Positions 48,671-60,971 of a stretch of DNA of 64,000 nt are shown one piece after another. Position 1 is the first letter of the stretch. Every line of letters starts with the position of its first letter. Both the position numbers and the translations under genes were made by a program. Source of the stretch: Lama guanicoe (taxonomy: Eukaryota). The stretch lies in contig MU054049.1 in assembly GCA_013239625.1 (NCBI GenBank), positions 1,315,015-1,379,014 of the forward strand. Direction: 5' to 3'. The notes beneath the pieces were generated by a model. It saw only the letters and a program-made list of their open reading frames with translations. It was not told the DNA's origin and did not search any database.

Positions 48671-51600
48671 TGTAAGCATGAGACCAGGACTAGGGAGGGG
48701 GAAGACATGTATCACTGGCATCAGGAGGACTCTTCCCCCCTCATCCAGGGGAGAGGTTCCACCCCCCCACCTCCCAAGGCAAATGGAATGAGGGGTTCTT
48801 CTAGGGATTTAGGTGCCTACAAATGAGAAAATTGATCTCTGATCCCTGAGTTTGACACCTCTTAGGGTTGTTCACCTCCTCCACACCTCCCTGAGCCAGA
48901 GAGAATGGAAGGAAAGGAAGACAATGGCCAAAAAGAGGGTAACAGCCATGCAGCCCACACTCGAATCACCTGAGTAGCAAGAATGGATGAATTTTTTTGT
49001 GTCCAGTAATGCCTCAAAAGATGGCTGGGCTTGAGCTGTCTTGCTGATGCCCCACCCACGAGCTTGATTCCCACCAGGTGGGAAGCCAGTAGCAAGAGGC
49101 TGCTGGGGGCAGTGGAGGAAAGCATAGTTGGGGGAGCTTAAGGAGAGGGGGAAGGAGGTTGTGCCAGAGCTGGATTTCCCATCTCAGGACAGGCCCGACA
49201 GAGACACCTGCCTAAGAACTCACACATGCCAGGGGGTGGACACCTATCACATCAAATGCATCAACGGTGATACAACACTAGCCAGAGAGGCAAGAGCAAT
49301 GCCCAGCAGAGAGCACACCACCCGTCACTTAGGTAGAAAGCCTCTGCGTTTTTCCTTAGTCATCCCTCCTCGTGCATCCTAAAAGATGTAGAATCAAAAG
49401 AGGGTGGGAGAGGTGGAGGGACAAACAGCAGACCATTCCCTCGTTCCGAGATGGAAATCTGGGTATGTGGTGGGTGCACGTGGTCTCATGGCAGCAGGGG
49501 AGAGGGGACCTCAGATCCAGGCTGAACCATCGCTCACCTCTGCTGCAGTCAGGTTTCTACCTGGGACTGCTGTCCATCAGACAGACTTTCACCACTCTTG
49601 GCCTCAGGGCATCAGGTTTGAGCTCTGGATTCCATTATTTCCACTTGGCCATGAAATCCCTGCATATGACATCCCTTAGGACTCCACCTCGTGCTGCCCA
49701 CTCTGTCCTCTCGCCAAGGCACCCAACCCTTCTGCATCCCTGGCATGGGACTGAAACCCTGTTACGCATTCCTCTTCCTTCTCGGTACACAGCCGAACTA
49801 CATTGTCCATGAGGGGAGTCATGTGATTCCATTCTGGCCCATGATGCGGGTGGAAGTGGTACATACTGCTTGGTGGCCAAACCCCTGAAGTCTCCTTTGC
49901 CATCCTCCATGGACTTTCCTCCTCTTTTTCCTGGCTTGTCTCGGCTGGCCAGATAGAGAGGATGTGGCAGAGGACTGAGAGCTAAGGGGGCACCAGAGCC
50001 ACCAGACGGAAGAGCTTGGGCCACTGGCCAGACACCCCATCTCCGGCTCATCCACCAGACAAGGGCACATGATTGCTCCCACTGCAGGTCAACTGTGGGG
50101 GCAAATTTTCACCTGTCTTCTCCCCAGACTCACAGTCTCCCAGGTAACATGCAGGAAGTGAGCTAGGGATTTCTGATATTTGGGAGGAGGGTACAGAAAT
50201 GTTTCTAAGCATCCCTGCCCCCACCAAGGTGTAACCCCAAGACGGGGATGATGAGGATTTTGCATTTGACCAATATGTCCTGTCTCTTGCTCTCTCCTTC
50301 TACAGGCCATCAGAGCAGAGGGGCCGAGCTGTTTGCCTCCTTTCCCTGTGTAGCAGGGTGGGTGGTGTATTACATCATGAGTTTCTCTACCCCATCTGTT
50401 ACTGTAACCTCAATGTTCCTGCTGGCTGGGCCAGGCTGCTAACATGTTAATTTGGGAGCTTCAGGAATTTATAAGAAGCTTTCTCTCTCTATACATCCTG
50501 GCTCTTAAGCCTATGGTCTTGTTAGAGACTCAAAAAAGCATTTAATTTGAAAAGTCAGAGCTGAGTAATGACATGCTGTTCTCGATAATATCTACCTTCT
50601 GCCTGAAGCACTGAAAACTATGGGTTCCGGCGCAGGGGGGGGGGTGGGGGGGTGGTTGGCAGATCTTGTAATTCGGCTCCTCAGCTAATCCCCTCCTCAC
50701 TAGACGGCCTAGTCTGCAGAAACTGGGGGCTAGACACTACATTTCCAGAGAGAATTTCACATGCCACCCAGCATCCACCAGGCCGATGTACCGACTCAAG
50801 ACTTGGAAAATGCAGTAAACCACAAGAGGCTTTGGCCGCATAACAGGACATGGTATCTTCCAGAAAGCTTGACTGCAGAAGCAACTGCCCCTTCTCGGCA
50901 GCTGAAATGGGGCACGTAGTGCTATAGGCATCAAGCAGCGGGTGGCGGTGGCCGTGATATTTAAGTAGAACAGTCCTGTGTGTTGTTTGGGCAATTTTCC
51001 TGGCCGTGTGGCAGCCAAGATCATTGCCCGGTTTCCCAGGAGATCCTGAAAGCTAACAAATATGACTTTAAAATCTCCTTTCTGATTAAACTGAGTACAG
51101 ATTTTGTTGTCTCGTAGTAAAATCTCTGTCCAACACAGGTGGGGAGCCCAGGGCATGAAGAACTACTAGCTGTGAAAATGCTTCAAAAATATGATCCCCT
51201 TTAAGCATGTCCTCTGAACACAAGTCAAGTGAGTTTACAAGCATCTGGCTGCAGATCGTGAGGAAGAAACGTCTAAAGTTTTAGAGAGGACGGGATGGTA
51301 AATGGAAATTAATTATAAACTTCCTGCTATTACAAATTTATGATGTGTAAGAGGCCAGTTCTTTTGTCTTATTTATATGCTGCCTTTGTTTTATTGTATC
51401 GAAGGTAAAATACATATATATATAGAATGCTTCATGGGTTCATTTATGACTCAGTCCTCAGCCCTGTTACTCTCAACAGCTTCTCAACCATGGGATCCCC
51501 CACTACTGAGGTTTCAAGGAAACTCACCATCAGCCTGGGCATAGGTTCCTAGCCACACTGTCAGGCATGATGGACCCTGCAATTAATGAAATATGACCTG

Positions 51601-52184
51601 GTAATTGCAGCCGTTATCCAGAACAGCCAGAAGACGTTCGGGTTCGTTCCAGCCACAGCAATTTACAACTCCGTAAATACATTTCCTAAAGCATTGAAGT
51701 CTTGTTTCTCTGACCAGGCTGTAAGCTTCTCACAGGACAGCACATCCTTCTTAGAAAGCTCCATGATCCCCACACAGATTGTCCTACATGCTGAGTCTAC
51801 ATCAGGACCCCAGGAGGGGATCTGGGACCCACAGGCATCAGTCTGAGCTGCGGGATGAGGAAGTACCTTGGTGGATAGCAGGTTTCCCCAGACCACCAGG
51901 AAGAGAAGAAAGATGTACTATCCCTCCCCAGCCAGTCTGTGGACAAATCTCACAAAAGGAGGCAGAAATGGATGCTGAGCGCAGTGGGAGGAGCATCTCC
52001 ATCAGCCCCGGTACCAGCGTTTGAGAGCTGGGGAGCCGTTTGGGTTGCTGCATTTCATCAAGGCTGTTCGGTTTCCATGAGAATTAACAGGTGATCATGG
52101 ATGTGAGGGCAAAGGCCAGCCCTGAAGTGACGTTTATTGCTGGGTGGCAGGGCTTCCCTCACCGGGCTCAGTGTTTCAGACATT

Positions 52185-52543
52185 TCTGTTTTAAGTGGCT
52201 CTGTCCTATCAGACTGCCTGTGGTTTATGAACAACAAACATGTACTTCTCACGGGTCTGGAGACTGGGAAGTCTCAGATCAAGGCACCAGCAGATTTGAC
52301 GTCTGATGAAGGCCTGCTTCTTGTTCACAGACAATCGTGTTCTCAGTGTGGCATGAAAAATGGCAGAAGGGATGAGGGATCTCCCACAGGTCTCTTCTAT
52401 AGGGGCACTAATCCCTTTCATGAGGGCTCCACCCTCATGATGTAATTACCTCCCAAAGGCCCCACCTCCAAATTCCATCTCACTGGGGAAGAGGCTTCAA
52501 CACATGAATTTACGGAGGGGACAGATATACTCAGGCTATGTCA
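52185..52543 (-). mobile_element. MaLR solo LTR (MLT1A-like)
   Basis: 'tctggagactgggaagtctcagatcaaggcaccagcagattt...catgagggctccaccctcatgatgtaattacctcccaaaggccccacctcc'. Confidence 0.88.
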
Positions 52544-52699
52544 CTAGTAAAACACACTTTGGACTTTTTGGAGCTGAGAGATTAACACCTGACAGAGATG
52601 GGAGCTCAGATGCCTGTCTTCTGAAGATGTCTTGATGTACACAGCAGTTTGAAGGATCACTGTGAAGCCCCTCAGAGGGGTTGCCTGGGGAATGAAATC

Positions 52700-52995
52700 C
52701 TACCCTTCATCCTGGGGTTCAAGGCTCCCTGGGAGCTGCTTCTGTTGTCCTGACACAGCTCATCTCTTTACCGTTTCCTCCCTTACTCCAGCCACAGGGC
52801 TTTCCTCTAAGATGCTCCAGGCATTCTGAAGTCTTCCCTTCCCCAGGGCATTTGCACATACCATCCCCTCCTCCCTGCCTGCCTGATCAGAGTTCCTTCC
52901 TTCTTTGTCTCCCTTGTTCATCACCAAATCCTTCACTCCTAAAACTACGCCTATCTCCTATTAGGTGCTTAGTAAACATTTGTTAATTTATGAAA
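52700..52995 (+). mobile_element. L2 3' fragment
   Basis: 'actccagccacagggctttc...ccagggcatttgcacatacc...taggtgcttagtaaacatttgttaatttatgaa'. Confidence 0.65.
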
Positions 52996-53307
52996 AAACA
53001 TACCGAAGTGCACTATGGGTTCTAACTGGCATGATTTATTCATATATAATGGAAAAAGCAGTAGCTCAAGCTTTCCCCCTGTTTCTTCCCTTTCTACTCC
53101 TAGGCTACCAAGTCAAAGGCAAGAATTAGATAGAGTCCTAGTTGGTTTCATGGATCCAAAACTTTGCTTCCCAGCATTTGCCTGTGTCATCTTTGTGGCT
53201 GAAATCTGTCTGTGCCATGACAGTAATCAGAGGCTTAGTGTTAACAAGTATTAAGCCTTTATTTTATGCCACATTCTATTTAATCCTTCCGATCTTCTCA
53301 ACAGCCT

Positions 53308-53328
53308 CCTAACCCTAACCCTAACCCT
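53308..53328 (-). repeat. Short interstitial telomeric tract (CCCTAA, ~3.5 units) inside a decayed MIR (~53235-53460)
   Basis: 'cctaaccctaaccctaaccct' seen directly. Confidence 0.8.
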
Positions 53329-53572
53329 GCTTTTTGTATTCTTACTTGATAATCAAGGAACCCGAGTTTTAGGAGCGTTAAGAAGTGGGCTCACGGTCAC
53401 ACTTCTTGTCAATTGTACAACCATATTTTGGCCGCAAAGCCAGTGCTCATTCCTTCACAATACAGTAGGTTGTAAATTGAGAGCATTCCCCCATGGTATC
53501 CCCGAGATCATAAACTACAGCAGTCCCTTGCAGGGTGCCTCACTGGAGGATTGGGATGGGTTGATGAAAGGT

Positions 53573-54143
53573 TGTAAGACATGAAACCTGCAAGTAACAC
53601 GAGGGTCAAAGGCAGAGCCAGTGATCCAGCCATGATGGTTAACCCTGGACAAGGTGGCTGGCTTCTCCTTGGTTTCTTGGCCTCTTTAATCAATAGAAAT
53701 AGATAAGAAGCCAGATGAGGAATTCAGGCGAGGCTTTCTTAGGACTCGTGCTGCAGCACAAGGGAGCAAAAACAACCAACAGATTCCCTTGCTCTCTCCC
53801 CAGCAGGGGCAAGGGGTGGGTGAGCTAGTCCCTTAAATGGAGTGAGGTAGGAGCCAGTCCAGGGGTTGGGCTGGAGGTGTGGCTTAGGTGGTCTGCCCAC
53901 GTCCTTGGTGGTGCTGTGTGCAAGGATCATGCCCAGTTCCCTGCTTCTGCTCCCACACCCCAAAGTGGCTGTTGGATTTTTGATTTTTTGTATCTTGTTG
54001 TCCATAACTCACCCCAACTGTGCATACACACAGCTATTTTTAGTCCCTTATAGTTTCTTTGTATTCTGTTGTTCGGTCACAGTGCCAGGACTGCAGCCCA
54101 AGGTCCCAGGTCCTAGGTCCCAGCCTGTCTGATCCTGACCTCA
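53573..54143 (-). mobile_element. ERV1-type solo LTR
   Basis: 'ggtttcttggcctctttaatcaatagaaat...gaattcaggcgaggcttt...tttttgtatcttgttgtccataa...cagcctgtctg'; ends approximate, TSD unresolved. Confidence 0.7.
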
Positions 54144-55133
54144 ACAACCTCATTTCCAGGTGGGAGAACCTGGCATCTGAAGTCCACTGACAGCCCCGGA
54201 GTGCTGGGAGAATTAACTAATAAATGATTGGAAAGCACTCAGCCAATGTAAAGTGCTATATAAATGCTTAATAGTAACAACCACCCTGTCTGGCGTCCAG
54301 GGCTGCTTTTGAGCCCTGTGGTCCCTATGTAATGAGACTGAACCCTACAAAGTGCTTTACAAAGAGTAAATAATTCATTCTCAGGGCACCCCAGGGAAGC
54401 AAGAAAGTCTTCCTCTTACTTTAGAGGAACTGAGATCCAACATTTGATGGGGCTGTTCAGCCAGGAGTTTTCACAAAGCCAAGTTTGGATCACCGCGGCC
54501 CTCTGCGTCAGGCCAGGATGGGCCCAGCTGCTCAGGGCTGGGAGCGAGCTGTGCTCCCCGGGGCTCTGGTCAGGCCTTTGTCTGTCAGGCTTTGGAGCCA
54601 AAGGCCGTGGCTTGGAAGGGCGAGAAGCACAGGAAGATGAATAAACAGAGCTGGAAGTGGAAACACAACAGAGGCTTCTTGTTAATAAGGCACTTAGCGT
54701 TTGAGTAGGATGGACACTTTCAGGGCCTTGGAGAAGGAAGCAGCCAAGAATGGGAGATGCTGGTGCAGGGTGGCTGGAGGGGGAAGACACTGCATTCAGC
54801 CACCGCCATGTAAGGTCCAGGGACTCCCCCCACCTCACTGGTGGTCCTGGGTCCTCCAGGACTTGAAGGGGGTCCCTCCTTGGGCAGGAATCATAACCTG
54901 ACCTTGGCCAGGGAGACACAGCTTGGGGAATCAGGAGAGGCCTAACTTCTCTGGTATTAGGGCAGGAACCCACCCTTTAGAGAGGCTGCTGCATGGGGCT
55001 CAGGTCCAGGGGCCAGAGGTCTGGGTATCCGGAACAGGGGTGGTTGGGCCCAGAGAGTCTGGGTGTTAGGACACTCCTTACTTAGTTCAGATAAAATAAA
55101 AATCAAGGTTAAAATAAATTTTAAATAAAGAGT

Positions 55134-55287
55134 GGGGGGAGAATATAGCTCAAGAGGTAGAGCACATGCTTAGCATGTGCAAAATTCTGGGTTCATCCCC
55201 ATACCTCCTCTAAAAATAAATACACAAATAAACCTAATTACCTCCCCCCCCCAAAAAAATAAATGAAATAAATTTAAAAAAAGAAAT
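55134..55287 (+). mobile_element. Vic-1-type SINE, long form
   Basis: 'ggggggagaatatagctcaagaggtagagcacatgcttagcatgtgc...ctgggttca' plus tail 'aaataaacctaattacctccccccccc aaaa'. Confidence 0.9.
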
Positions 55288-55289
55288 AA

Positions 55290-55737
55290 CCTCATAAAAA
55301 AAAGAATGAGTGCCATTTGTAGCAACATGGATGGAGCTAGAGATGATCATACTAAGTGAAGTAAGTCAGACAACAGGGAAAGACAATTATCGTATGACAT
55401 CACTTAGATGTGGAATCTGAAAATGACACAAATGAACTTATTTACAAAACAGAAAAAGACTCACAGACATAGAAAATGAACTGATGGTTATCAAAGGGGA
55501 AGTGGAGAGAGGGATAAATTGGGAGTTCAGGATTAGCAGATACAAACTACTATATACAGAATCGGTAAACAAGGTCCTACTTTATAGCACAGGGGACTAT
55601 ATTGAATAGCTTGTAATAACCTATAATGAAAAAGAAAATTAAAAGGAATATATGCATACATAAATGAGTCACTATGGTACACACCAGAAACTAACAGAAC
55701 CTTGTAAATCAATTATACTTCAATAAAAAAAAGGAAA
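55290..55737 (+). mobile_element. Young 5'-truncated L1 3' end
   Basis: 'gccatttgtagcaacatggatggagctagagatgatcatactaagtgaagtaagtcagac...tatacttcaataaaaaa'; TSD aaaaatcaaggttaaaa at 55098-55114 and 55738-55754. Confidence 0.92.
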
Positions 55738-57343
55738 AAAAATCAAGGTTAAAAAAAACTATTTAACATGTCAAAAAAGGTCATTTATTATCCATTCCTT
55801 GGCTCCATGTTGATCAACTGCTTTGCATGTGCCTGAGACTGTTCTGAGCACTGGGAAAAAGACAGGCGGGTCCTGCTCTCAGGTCCTGTAAGGAATAAGG
55901 TGGGAAATGGACAAGGAAGAACAGAACAAAACCAGGGACAAATGAATGGATCAGAAATGGCGGGGAGTGTTCCGCGGAGAACGGGATGCACGCCTCAGAG
56001 AAAGCCTTTCGAGAAGAGAACAAGAAATCATTCAGAGTAAATATGCAACACCCATGAAACTTCGCCTTCATAGTAACATAGCATTGGGAGGAATAAAACA
56101 TAGAAAGAACATGGGAATGAAAGACTAGAAGGAAAAATCATTGCGATACATTTTAACACACATCTTTCAACCTTCAACAAATCAGGTAGTTAAAAATAAG
56201 GGACACAGAAATGAGATTAGAATGAATCCGATTGGACAAACAGGTAGAATTTAGACTTCGTGCCTTAGCGGGAGTAAGCCCGCTCATCAGAAATCCTGGG
56301 ATATTTACAAAAGACGACACAAAACCTAAACAGCAGAAATTATACACACAACAGTCTAAAATTAAATACAACCAAACTAGAAATTGATAATAAAGCTTAA
56401 ACAACCAAATGAAGTTTAACCCCAGAAAGGTTTTGAAAAAATTTAGAAGAGGTACAGAGGAGCTTTTAACTCACTGGGGCCGTGGAGGTCACATTTGCAA
56501 TTATAGCTTCTTGGGGGAAAAAAAAAACAATTAAAACAAAGGCAGTGAATTTCAAAAAAAATATGAAATGTGGCCCAAAATGAAAACAGAAACAAGTTTA
56601 TAACCTTACGTGCTCTCATTATATGTACAAAAATAAAGATAAGTCAGTAGCATGAGAAATTAGCAGAAAACATAGGAGCCTCAGCAAAACAGGTAGATGG
56701 AAACAATATAGATAAAAGCAGAAATCAAGGCAGCAAATAAAACAAAAAAGCAGAAAAGGCTTCCACCCTAAGAGGAAGTAAGTGATTGGTAAGTCCACTT
56801 CAAACTGGGTCTTTTTGTGTAGGGATGTGGGTTGGGTGAAAATCACTGTAAAACAGAGAAACCTCGGGTAAGTCTAATCAAGAAAAGAGATAGACAAATA
56901 AATATAAACAGTTATGTGAGATGAGATGTAACAAAGGCAAGTAAATTACAAAACTTATTATGAAATCTTATATTGAAATTTACTCCAAAAGTACAAACTT
57001 CCAGATCAAGTTAATCAATTTTTCCAGGATAAAAGCAAAAGGTTAAACTTGGCTTTAGAAGATTAGGAATCCTATAGGGAACAATACTCAACGGTGAAAT
57101 TTTTTTTTTAATATTTCAGAATAACTCCTCAAGAATACCCCCTGGCCAAATGATGACATTTGGCCCTTCACATTTTCAAGGAACAGTTAATCACTATGCT
57201 ATGTAAACTGTACCGGAAGACACAAAATATGGTAAATTACCATCCTCATTTTCTGAAATTAACATAAACCCAATGTCAAAATTTGACCCCAAAAGCAGCT
57301 AAGGACCAATTTCAACTTCACTTGTAAATATAAAAGCAAAAAT

Positions 57344-57517
57344 CAGGGCCAGCTTCATGGACATGTGACCTACGTACAACACAGAGCCTTGTGCTCAGAA
57401 AAGCCCCACGCTTGATTTAATTCTCTGCCACCAGCTTGAAATTCTTAAAAATTTTTCAACAAGGGACCCCACTCTTACACTTTATACTAGGTCCTGCAGA
57501 ATCTTTTGCTAATCCTG
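57344..57517. mobile_element. MER53-like hAT MITE
   Basis: 'cagggccagcttcatggacatgtgacct...gctcagaaaagccccacgcttg...cttgaaattctta...tcctg'. Confidence 0.85.
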
Positions 57518-59214
57518 ATAGAAGTATTAGCAAATCGAATGTGATAGTACAATAAAATAATCTCTACATTGATCAAGGTGATTCTACCTAAGGATGCAAG
57601 GGAGATGGAGTATTAGGAAATCTACTAATATAACTATGAGATGTATTATAAAACGTTAACAAGACATATGATGGAACCAAATGTGAAGATGACTCATAAT
57701 CTTAAAACTTGAAGGATATATTTTTGAATGGGAAAAGCCTACCTTAAGCCAAAATAATACTTAATTCATTAGTAAGCAGCAAGGAGACTCATTAGGATGG
57801 ACCAAAAAATCTGTTTATATCAATTAGATTCTCAGGTGGGTGCAAGACAAATCAATGCAAACCAAGAACAACACTCAATACCAGTGATAATTACTAAAAA
57901 AGAATAACAAGGAAACAATTTCTTCACAATATATTTTTAAAGCATAAAATAATCACGTCACTATTATAATACATATGTAGTCAACTTGAATGTTTACTGA
58001 AATATATAAAGTACTATTTTAAAAAAGGGAGAAAAATTGCAAATATATTGCAAAGTTGCCAGAGGGTCCCATAAATAGGCCTAAATGAATAAATAAATAA
58101 AGTTAATTGCGTTCCAATTCGACAGTTTAGACAAGTACTATCAATATGGCAGTGGAATTTTTTTAATGAAACAAATGTTTACACAATTATTCTAAATATT
58201 ATCTAAAAAATAAAAAAGTAAGAAAGGTTGGAAGCATTTTTTAAAAGCAGGGGGAACTGTTCTGCCAAATTTTAAAGTGTGTACTAAAGTTCCAACAATG
58301 AAGTGTTTTATTGGCGGGAGGATTTGCAAACAGATCAATGGAAAAGACTAAGCACAGAAAGATAGCTCCAAAATATATAAAAATTGAGAAGATGATAAAA
58401 GGAACACCACACCCAAGGGAAAAGCAATGGATTAGCCATCAGATGGAATTTGTATTTACAATGGAACCTTAAAAAAATAGAAGTAAATGCATGTCAATAA
58501 TTACTGAGATCAGGATGGTGGAGGCACTTCTAAGATCAACAGTAAAAAGTACCACAAAGGAAAATGTAGATAAACTACATAATCTATATACATATATTAC
58601 ATAGAGGTTATATCAATAATGCCACATTTAAAAAGTAAAAGGCCAAGACAAACTAAAAAGGAGTATTTTCAACAAAAATGACAAAGGGGTTAATGTTTTT
58701 ATAAGAACTCTTACAAATCAGAAAGAAAAAACTTAATATCACAAAAGAAATATGAGCTAAGCATAAAGACAAATGGCCAGGAAGCCATAATATATGAAAA
58801 ATGTTCAGCCTCATTAGTAATCAATAGGAGGGGAATTGAAACAATGAGATATTGTCTCGTGCATGTGGAAATGGCAATGAGGAACAGAGTGATTTTTGTT
58901 CTTAACATTGAAAGACGATTATTACTGCTGTGGACACCATGAAACCAATTCTGATGGATGCATAAACTGTGCAAATTTTCTGGACACAATGTGATAATAT
59001 GTATGAAGAACCTTCAAAGTTTTTCACCTTTAGATCCAATAACTCTATTTCCACAAATCTTTCCTAAGAAAAAATAATCAGAGAAGCACCAAAAGATACA
59101 CGTACAGGAACAATCAATACAATATTGCATTTTTTTCCCAAATACTTTTACCTTTAATTACTGAATACATTTTTTATATTGATTCACATTTTTCTAACTA
59201 GAAAAGTTTATTTT

Positions 59215-59850
59215 TCAAATTTTCTATTTTGAGATCATTGAGAGTCACATGCAGTTATAAAAAGATGTAATACAGAGAGATCCAACACCCTTCACCCAGC
59301 TTCCCCCAGTGGTAACATTGTATAACTCTAGTACAGTATAAACAACCAGGGAACTAACAAAGATACAACACCATTATTCATACTTACCCTGCTTTATTCG
59401 ATCCTTTGTGAGTATATTTAATTCCATGCAATTTCATCAGATGAATAGATTAGTGGGAACACCACCACCACAGCAAAGATATGAACAGTCCTCTAACCAC
59501 ATGGATCCCCTGCGTTTTTATAGCCTCACCCACTTCCCTCCCCTCACAGCTCCTAACCCCTGGCATTCACAACTCTATCCTCCAGCTCTATCATTTTGTC
59601 ATTGCAAGAGTGTTATATAAATGAAATCAGACAACAAGTTGCCCTTTGGGATTGGCTTTTCTCAGTCCACATAATTCCCTTGAGATCATCCAAGTTGTTG
59701 CCGGTGTTAATATTTTGTTCCTTTTTATTGCTGAGTAGGATTCCATGGTATGGATGGACCACAGTTTTGTTTAACTGTTCACGCGTTAAAGAATATTTGA
59801 GTTGTTTACAGTTTGGAGCTGCTATAAACATTTATGTACAGGTTTTGCAG
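59215..59850 (-). mobile_element. L1MC1-like 3' end inserted antisense in older L1
   Basis: 'tcacatgcagttataaaa...taatacagagagatcc...cccttcacccagcttcccccagtggtaacat', 'gctgctataaacatttatgtacaggttttg'. Confidence 0.85.
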
Positions 59851-59868
59851 TATTATTCTTAAAAGCAA

Positions 59869-59913
59869 AAAATAAAATAAAATAAAATAAAATAAAATAA
59901 AATAAAATAAAAT
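59869..59913. repeat. (AAAAT)9 microsatellite
   Basis: Perfect pentanucleotide run. Confidence 0.95.
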
Positions 59914-60971
59914 ACCTAAGCAACTTAGAATTCAAATGTCCAAGAACAGGGAAATAATTGAATAAATTACAGCAAATTGAATATTCCAGTGTCATTAGAA
60001 ATTATGTATAATTGGTAAACTCAATGAGCTAAATTCAAAGGTACAAGCAGAAAATGATTTTTTCCCTCGACTCTGTGTTTGGGAAGGGAATGTCTGATTG
60101 CTCCTACTTGCCCTGGACAACACTGAGTGTATCCTTTAGTCTTTCAGTCATTTGCAAGCATTTGGTAATCTGGTTTTGGGGTATTAAAAAATCTTGTCCA
60201 ATTGAAATCAAAAGCTCCATTTCTCATCCATTTAAAAATCTTCTCCCTTCTACCCAGTGGGAAGTGGGGCATGATGTATATAGACTTTCCTTCCCAGGCT
60301 CCTGCATCCCTCCCTCTGCAGTCTGCCGCTTTTGCATCCTTCAGGGCTGGCTGGGAGGAAGGGGCAGGACAGAGTGCCCTCCCAGTACTGTGGGGTCCCT
60401 ACTTTCTCTTGCCTTTCCCTCCTGTCAGCTATGCAGCAGGAGGGCTCTCTCTTTCTCGACTCCTCCCTCTCTCCCCTACTCCCTCTCTCCTCCCCCTGCT
60501 GTTCTTTGTGTACCCCAGAACCTCAGGATGCTGAGCCAAGCTCTTCTAAAATCTCTTCCCCCTGTTCTTTCCCTATAGCCAGGAGGGAGGGGCCCAGGAG
60601 TTTCTAAGCTTAGAAAGTACCCTGATCAGTGGAAGAGGGAGAGATGTCAGTTTCCCTTCAAGCGTATACTTCTGTCATGAGAGATTTTTTCCCCCAAGCA
60701 CTCTAGTTGTCTTGAACCAGAAAAGCACCCCACTCTGGGAGGGACAACCCCTCAACCTTTCTCATTCAAAGAATCCTTACTCTGAGCCATTCCCAGCTTG
60801 AACACACACTAGAGGTTGGCGATTGGCTGAGGTACCAGGACTCACTGTGGCTGGTCTGGGCAAGTCCTGTGAAGGCAGGTCTAGAATCTCAATTTAGAAT
60901 ATGTGTGCATTTCACATCTTTGTTTTCAGCTTCGTGGTCTTGTGTGAGACCCAAACAGAAACTCCGTTTCT

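Larger units (their letters stand above)
56050..60040 (+). mobile_element. Very old, decayed L1 ORF2 to 3' region (host of MER53 and an L1MC insertion)
   Basis: A-rich; 'gcaaaaat...tattagcaaatcgaat' (AKIL..ILANRI), 'aaaatgttcagcctcattagtaatcaa', 'acagatcaatggaaaagact'. Confidence 0.7.

Noticed and set aside
49071..49086. CTCF-like motif ccaccaggtggga (also ~36461-36476)
   Set aside because: Mismatches at high-information positions; not supportable without PWM scoring or ChIP data
57144..57165. 9-bp hairpin ggccaaatg/catttggcc (also 8-bp stems at 11872-11892 and ~63631-63655)
   Set aside because: Stems of 8-9 bp are expected several times by chance in 64 kb; rho-independent terminators do not apply here
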